Origin: an uncultured Polyangiaceae bacterium
Lineage (GTDB): Bacteria; Myxococcota_A; Polyangia; Polyangiales; Polyangiaceae
Assembly (NCBI GenBank): GCA_964531755.1
Contig: CAZHGG010000001.1
Coordinates: 4,446-42,173, forward strand
Direction: 5' to 3'
Length of the DNA stretch: 37,728 nucleotides
Made by a program: the position numbers and the translations under genes. Every line of letters begins with the position of its first letter. Within the stretch, counting starts at the first letter, position 1. Of the stretch, positions 34,519 to 37,728 are shown one piece after another. The notes below the pieces were generated by a model. That model saw only the letters and a list, made by a program, of their open reading frames with translations, was not told the DNA's origin and searched no databases.

Positions 34519-36981
34519 ATGCTCACCCTCCCCCGCGCTCCCCGCGCCCTGGTCCCCGCGTCTCCTCCCCACCACCCGCGCTCTGCGGCGAGCTCGGCGA
34601 TGGCCATGGCTCCCACCGCGCCTGCCTGGCAGCCTCACCTGTCGCTCAAGCTCCGCAACGCGACGACGGGCGTCAACCCGCGCGATCACCAGCTCGCCGC
34701 GTGGGACCGAATGACTGCCCACTACCTCCAAGAGGGCAAGCAGGCTGGAATCGTCGTCGTGCCCACCGGCGGCGGGAAGACGGTCCTCGCCGCCCACTGG
34801 CTGCTCGAGCACCACATTCGCAACGGCGGCCGCGTGCTCTGGCTCGCGCATCGCCGCAGCTTGCTCCGCCAGGCCATGAGCACGTTCCACAACCTTGGAA
34901 ACGTGGCCTATCCGAAGCCGGCGCTGCACTTGGCGACGGTCTCCTCGACCGACGCGAAGTGGACCACCATCAGCACCGACCACGACGTGGTGTTCTCGTC
35001 GATGCAGACTGGCGTGCTCGACACGAACCTGGGCTTCGTCGAGGCGTTCGTGAAGGAGGCCCCGAGCGGTACGTTCGTGGTCGTCGACGAGGCCCACCAC
35101 GCCCCCGCGCCGAGCTACGCCCGCCTTCTGCGCTCGTTGAAGTCCTGGGACTGCAAGCTCCTCGGTCTGACGGCGACGCCCGTGCGCGCGAACGACGAGG
35201 ACGCGAAGCGACTCGCGGCCCTCTTCGACATCGAGAGGCCGCACAATCGGCCGCTCTACCAGGTCACACGTCGCCAGCTCACCGATCAGGGCATCCTCGC
35301 CCACCCGGCCTTCACGACGGTGAAGACCGAAGTGAACCTCGAGAAGGACTTCACCCCCGAGGACTACCGGCACCTCGAGCGCTACGGCGAGATGGGCCCG
35401 AACGTGCTCCACCGGCTCGCGAAGAACGCGCACCGCAACAAGCTCATCGTGGACGAGTACAAGAAGGGAAAGGCCAAATACGGCCCCACCATCATGTTCG
35501 CCGCCGACACGCTCCACGCGCAGACGCTCGCCCACGAGCTGCAGAAGGCGGGCATCGACGCGGACTATGTCGACTACAGCCGCAAGGACGCGCAGGTGGT
35601 CATGGAGAGCTACCGAACCCGCAAGAAGCCCGACGTCCTCGTGAACGTCGAGATGCTCACCGAGGGCTTCGACGCGCCGCACACGCGCACCGTGTTCATC
35701 GCGCGTCCCACGCGCTCGCCTGGCCTCGTGTCGCAGATGGTCGGCAGGGCGCTGCGCGGAAAGAGGTCCGGCGGAAACGAGATTGCTCACCTCGTGACGT
35801 TCCGTGACACGTGGGAGCAGTTCGACGTGCTCGACACCGAGTACGTGCTCCGCGAGGCCGAGGACTCCGAGAAGCTTCCCGAAGTCACCACGCCCAGCCA
35901 GCTCGTGGTCATTCCTCCGGAGCTCGTGACGGAGGCGTACCGCATCCTCCAGAGCAACGTCCGCGGACACCTCGTCGGCGTGTTCCAGTGCCTCCCGCAC
36001 AGCTGGTACGCCTGGATCGAGGTCCTCGAAGACGACCTCCAACCCCGGCACGTCATGGTGTTCGACAACCAGATCGCAGGGTTCGAGGCCCTCCTCGCCG
36101 CCTTCCCCACGAGCGAGGGGATCCCGGAGGAGATCACCGAGGACTTCGCGAGGGCGCTGGTGCAGCGCTTCTTCGTGGACGTCCCCGATCCGCTTCCCCG
36201 CTGGGCCGACGTGGCGGCCCTCCTCCACGCGAGGCGGAGCGACTTCGGCATCACGCACTACACGTTCGAGGAGAAGAGCGCCTTCGACCCGAACGCGCTC
36301 GCTCGGCAGATCCTGGAGCGGAAGCTAGCGAGACTCGAGGAGCACGCGTTCCTCCAGGGCGTTTGGGACGCGAACCAGGCCTGCCGAAGCGTGTACCGCG
36401 ACGATCTTCGGTCTTTCCTCGAGGACGTGTCGGCCGAGATGCTCGAGCTCACCGCGCCGCCCCCCGCGAAGCTGGCGCCGGAGATCGAGAGAATCGTCCC
36501 GCAGTCTGCGCCGCGCGCGTGGGGCAAGGGAGAACAAGGCTATTCGCTGGTCGGCCTCCGTCGCAGCGTGCTCAGCATCAAGAAGCACTTTCCGGGCGGG
36601 CCGCCTCCCGTGTCCGAGATGCGTTGGTCGGAGCGGCCCACCACGCGACTCTGGGGCTTCTGTCGCTACTCGGACAGGAGCATCACGCTCAACTGCGTCC
36701 TCGACTCGCCGGATATCCCGTACTTCGTTTTGGAGTACCTCATGTTCCACGAGATGCTCCACGCCGACATGCCAAGCGCTGGCCACAACCGCGACTACCG
36801 CGAGCGAGAGCGTGGGTACACACCCTCGGCGGAGGCCCTGGAGGACGCGGAAAGACGCGGGATCCGGCCGGGGGCGAACGCGGGGCCGCTGTTCTGGTAC
36901 GTCACGGCGGACCGGTTTCTCGGGACGTTCGACCGGTATTACCTGCACAAGGCGCCGGGGACGACGATGGAAGTGGGGTGA
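34519..36981 (+). CDS. SF2 helicase (type III restriction res-subunit-like, paralogous to 9053..11701) fused to a C-terminal DUF45/YgjP-like HExxH zinc metallopeptidase domain.
   Basis: Helicase motifs: VVVPTGGGKT, VVVDEAHHAP, GLTATP, QMVGRALRG. The C-terminus RLWGFCRYSDRSITLNCVLDSPDIPYFVLEYLMFHEMLHADMPSAGHNRDY matches the DUF45 pattern (rWGsC...i.lN..L...p...leYVvvHELcH....H), with HEMLH at 36748-36762. The start is ambiguous: ATG 34519, or ATG 34600/34606, which would remove a Pro/Ala-rich leader. Confidence 0.85.
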   Translation: MLTLPRAPRALVPASPPHHPRSAASSAMAMAPTAPAWQPHLSLKLRNATTGVNPRDHQLAAWDRMTAHYLQEGKQAGIVVVPTGGGKTVLAAHWLLEHHIRNGGRVLWLAHRRSLLRQAMSTFHNLGNVAYPKPALHLATVSSTDAKWTTISTDHDVVFSSMQTGVLDTNLGFVEAFVKEAPSGTFVVVDEAHHAPAPSYARLLRSLKSWDCKLLGLTATPVRANDEDAKRLAALFDIERPHNRPLYQVTRRQLTDQGILAHPAFTTVKTEVNLEKDFTPEDYRHLERYGEMGPNVLHRLAKNAHRNKLIVDEYKKGKAKYGPTIMFAADTLHAQTLAHELQKAGIDADYVDYSRKDAQVVMESYRTRKKPDVLVNVEMLTEGFDAPHTRTVFIARPTRSPGLVSQMVGRALRGKRSGGNEIAHLVTFRDTWEQFDVLDTEYVLREAEDSEKLPEVTTPSQLVVIPPELVTEAYRILQSNVRGHLVGVFQCLPHSWYAWIEVLEDDLQPRHVMVFDNQIAGFEALLAAFPTSEGIPEEITEDFARALVQRFFVDVPDPLPRWADVAALLHARRSDFGITHYTFEEKSAFDPNALARQILERKLARLEEHAFLQGVWDANQACRSVYRDDLRSFLEDVSAEMLELTAPPPAKLAPEIERIVPQSAPRAWGKGEQGYSLVGLRRSVLSIKKHFPGGPPPVSEMRWSERPTTRLWGFCRYSDRSITLNCVLDSPDIPYFVLEYLMFHEMLHADMPSAGHNRDYRERERGYTPSAEALEDAERRGIRPGANAGPLFWYVTADRFLGTFDRYYLHKAPGTTMEVG

Positions 36982-36982
36982 G

Positions 36983-37345
36983 GTGAAGGGCCGGCTCGAC
37001 GCATTCGCGACGATCCCGCCGCGCTATGGGCGCGCGACCGTCACCCTCGTCGCGAGTGCTCACGAGGTGCGCCGCTCGACGGCGCCAACATCGTCGCGAG
37101 GCACGAGCGCACCTGCGGCAGGCATCAGCGCGTCGGGCCCCGAGCGTCGACGCGAGCTCCTCGAGCCCAAGCGCGCCGGCCGCACCCCCAGGATGCGCGA
37201 CCGACTGCTGGCCCAGGTCGCCGACATCGGTGCGCTCTACACACGATGGGTCGATCTCGGCCGCAGCGTCGGCCTCATGACTGCCCGCACCGGAAAGCTC
37301 CTCGACCTCTACGGCGCGGATCTCCTCGCGAAGGCCGTCGCCTAG
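36983..37345 (+). CDS. Small hypothetical protein (120 aa); the N-terminal half is low-complexity.
   Basis: The GTG at 36983 lies 2 nt after the helicase stop. GC3 stays high across the whole frame. The C-terminal MRDRLLAQVADIGALYTRWVDLGRSVGLMTARTGKLLDLYGADLLAKAVA looks like real helical protein. An alternative ATG sits at 37193. No homology recognised. Confidence 0.35.
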   Translation: MKGRLDAFATIPPRYGRATVTLVASAHEVRRSTAPTSSRGTSAPAAGISASGPERRRELLEPKRAGRTPRMRDRLLAQVADIGALYTRWVDLGRSVGLMTARTGKLLDLYGADLLAKAVA

Positions 37346-37515
37346 TCCCACCCTGCGTCGCCTGCCGTCTTCCGCTCGGGAAGGCCTCGGCGCTATGGCG
37401 GAAGAAGAGGCACCCTCGGTGAACTGTCGCGCGTGGGCGTTCTGCCGCGGAATCCGGACTTCGGGCCGGCTGAACCTGATTGGTCGACTCGAGGCGTTCC
37501 GTAAGCAACGGACTC

Positions 37516-37728
37516 CTACCGCTCCCATAGGAAGCCGAACGCGGGTGCGAAGCAGCTGGCGCTGGACGTGACGAGAGCGCCGAAGCGATGCGCCTCGAGG
37601 TAGCTGCGCGTCGCATAGACGCTCGCGTCCTCCTGACAGGCAGGAACCGCGATGAACGAGCCGGCCGCGCGGAGCCCGCGCCAGCGGAGCGCGTCCTGAT
37701 AGACGTGCACGTCAGCGAGTCCTTCGTG
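37516..37728 (-). CDS. 3' end of an unidentified CDS that enters from beyond the right edge.
   Basis: The minus-strand frame is open from nt 37728 to the TAG at 37516, with mostly GC-ending codons (...HVYQDALRWRGLRAAGSFIAVPACQEDASVYATRSYLEAHRFGALV...). I recognise no family. Confidence 0.4.
   Translation of the reverse strand, partial: HEGLADVHVYQDALRWRGLRAAGSFIAVPACQEDASVYATRSYLEAHRFGALVTSSASCFAPAFGFLWER

Noticed and set aside
32050-36258. Long ORFs 32050..34080 (-), 34204..36258 (-), 33924..35807 (+) and 31395..32945 (-).
   Set aside because: These are antisense to or off-frame within the Lon-TPR, helicase-DUF45 and hypothetical genes. Their composition is dominated by Arg, Gly, Pro and Ala, and they have no motifs.
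1-37728. A search for CRISPR repeats, tRNA/rRNA genes, IS elements or transposases, integrases, and long terminal direct or inverted repeats bounding the island.
   Set aside because: Reading by eye, I found no regularly spaced repeats, no cloverleaf-like segments in the few noncoding gaps, and no transposase or integrase motifs. Long-range repeats cannot be excluded without a dot-plot.

Overview
This is a high-GC window, roughly 65-78% G+C per line apart from a few AT-richer patches. The style looks Myxococcota-like, but the taxon cannot be proven from the sequence. All product calls come from motifs read by eye in the supplied translations; no database search was possible. The window is a dense defence island with about 22 genes and four SF2 helicases.

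The core is a complete, translationally coupled BREX operon on the minus strand (30207 down to 11752). Its gene set matches the type-6 definition: brxE-brxA-brxB-brxC-[small Zn-ribbon ORF]-pglX-pglZ-brxD-[wHTH/PD-(D/E)xK ORF]-brxHI. The two bracketed genes are not canonical BREX components.

Three unclassified modules surround it:
1. A two-gene module sits 50 nt downstream of brxHI on the same strand. It pairs an SF2 helicase fused to an Amidoligase_2-type (glutamine-synthetase-fold) domain with an HEPN-like (RNxxxH) domain fused to a gamma-glutamylcyclotransferase (AIG2/GGCT) domain. This is my top candidate for an undescribed system.
2. A plus-strand cassette runs divergently from brxE. It encodes an ECF-like sigma factor, two unknown proteins, a Lon-like S16 protease fused to TPR repeats, and a paralogue of the first helicase fused to a DUF45/YgjP-type HExxH metallopeptidase. 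The same helicase chassis therefore carries an amide ligase on one flank of BREX and an amide hydrolase on the other.
3. At the left edge is a 5'-truncated helicase with a DUF1998/MrfA-type C-terminus (DruE/DrmAB-like). It is coupled to a helical-repeat protein and followed by a DUF4145(HEPN)-Ser/Thr kinase.

I saw no rRNA, tRNA, CRISPR array or IS element. Most of the remaining long ORFs in the track are antisense or off-frame shadows typical of high-GC DNA.
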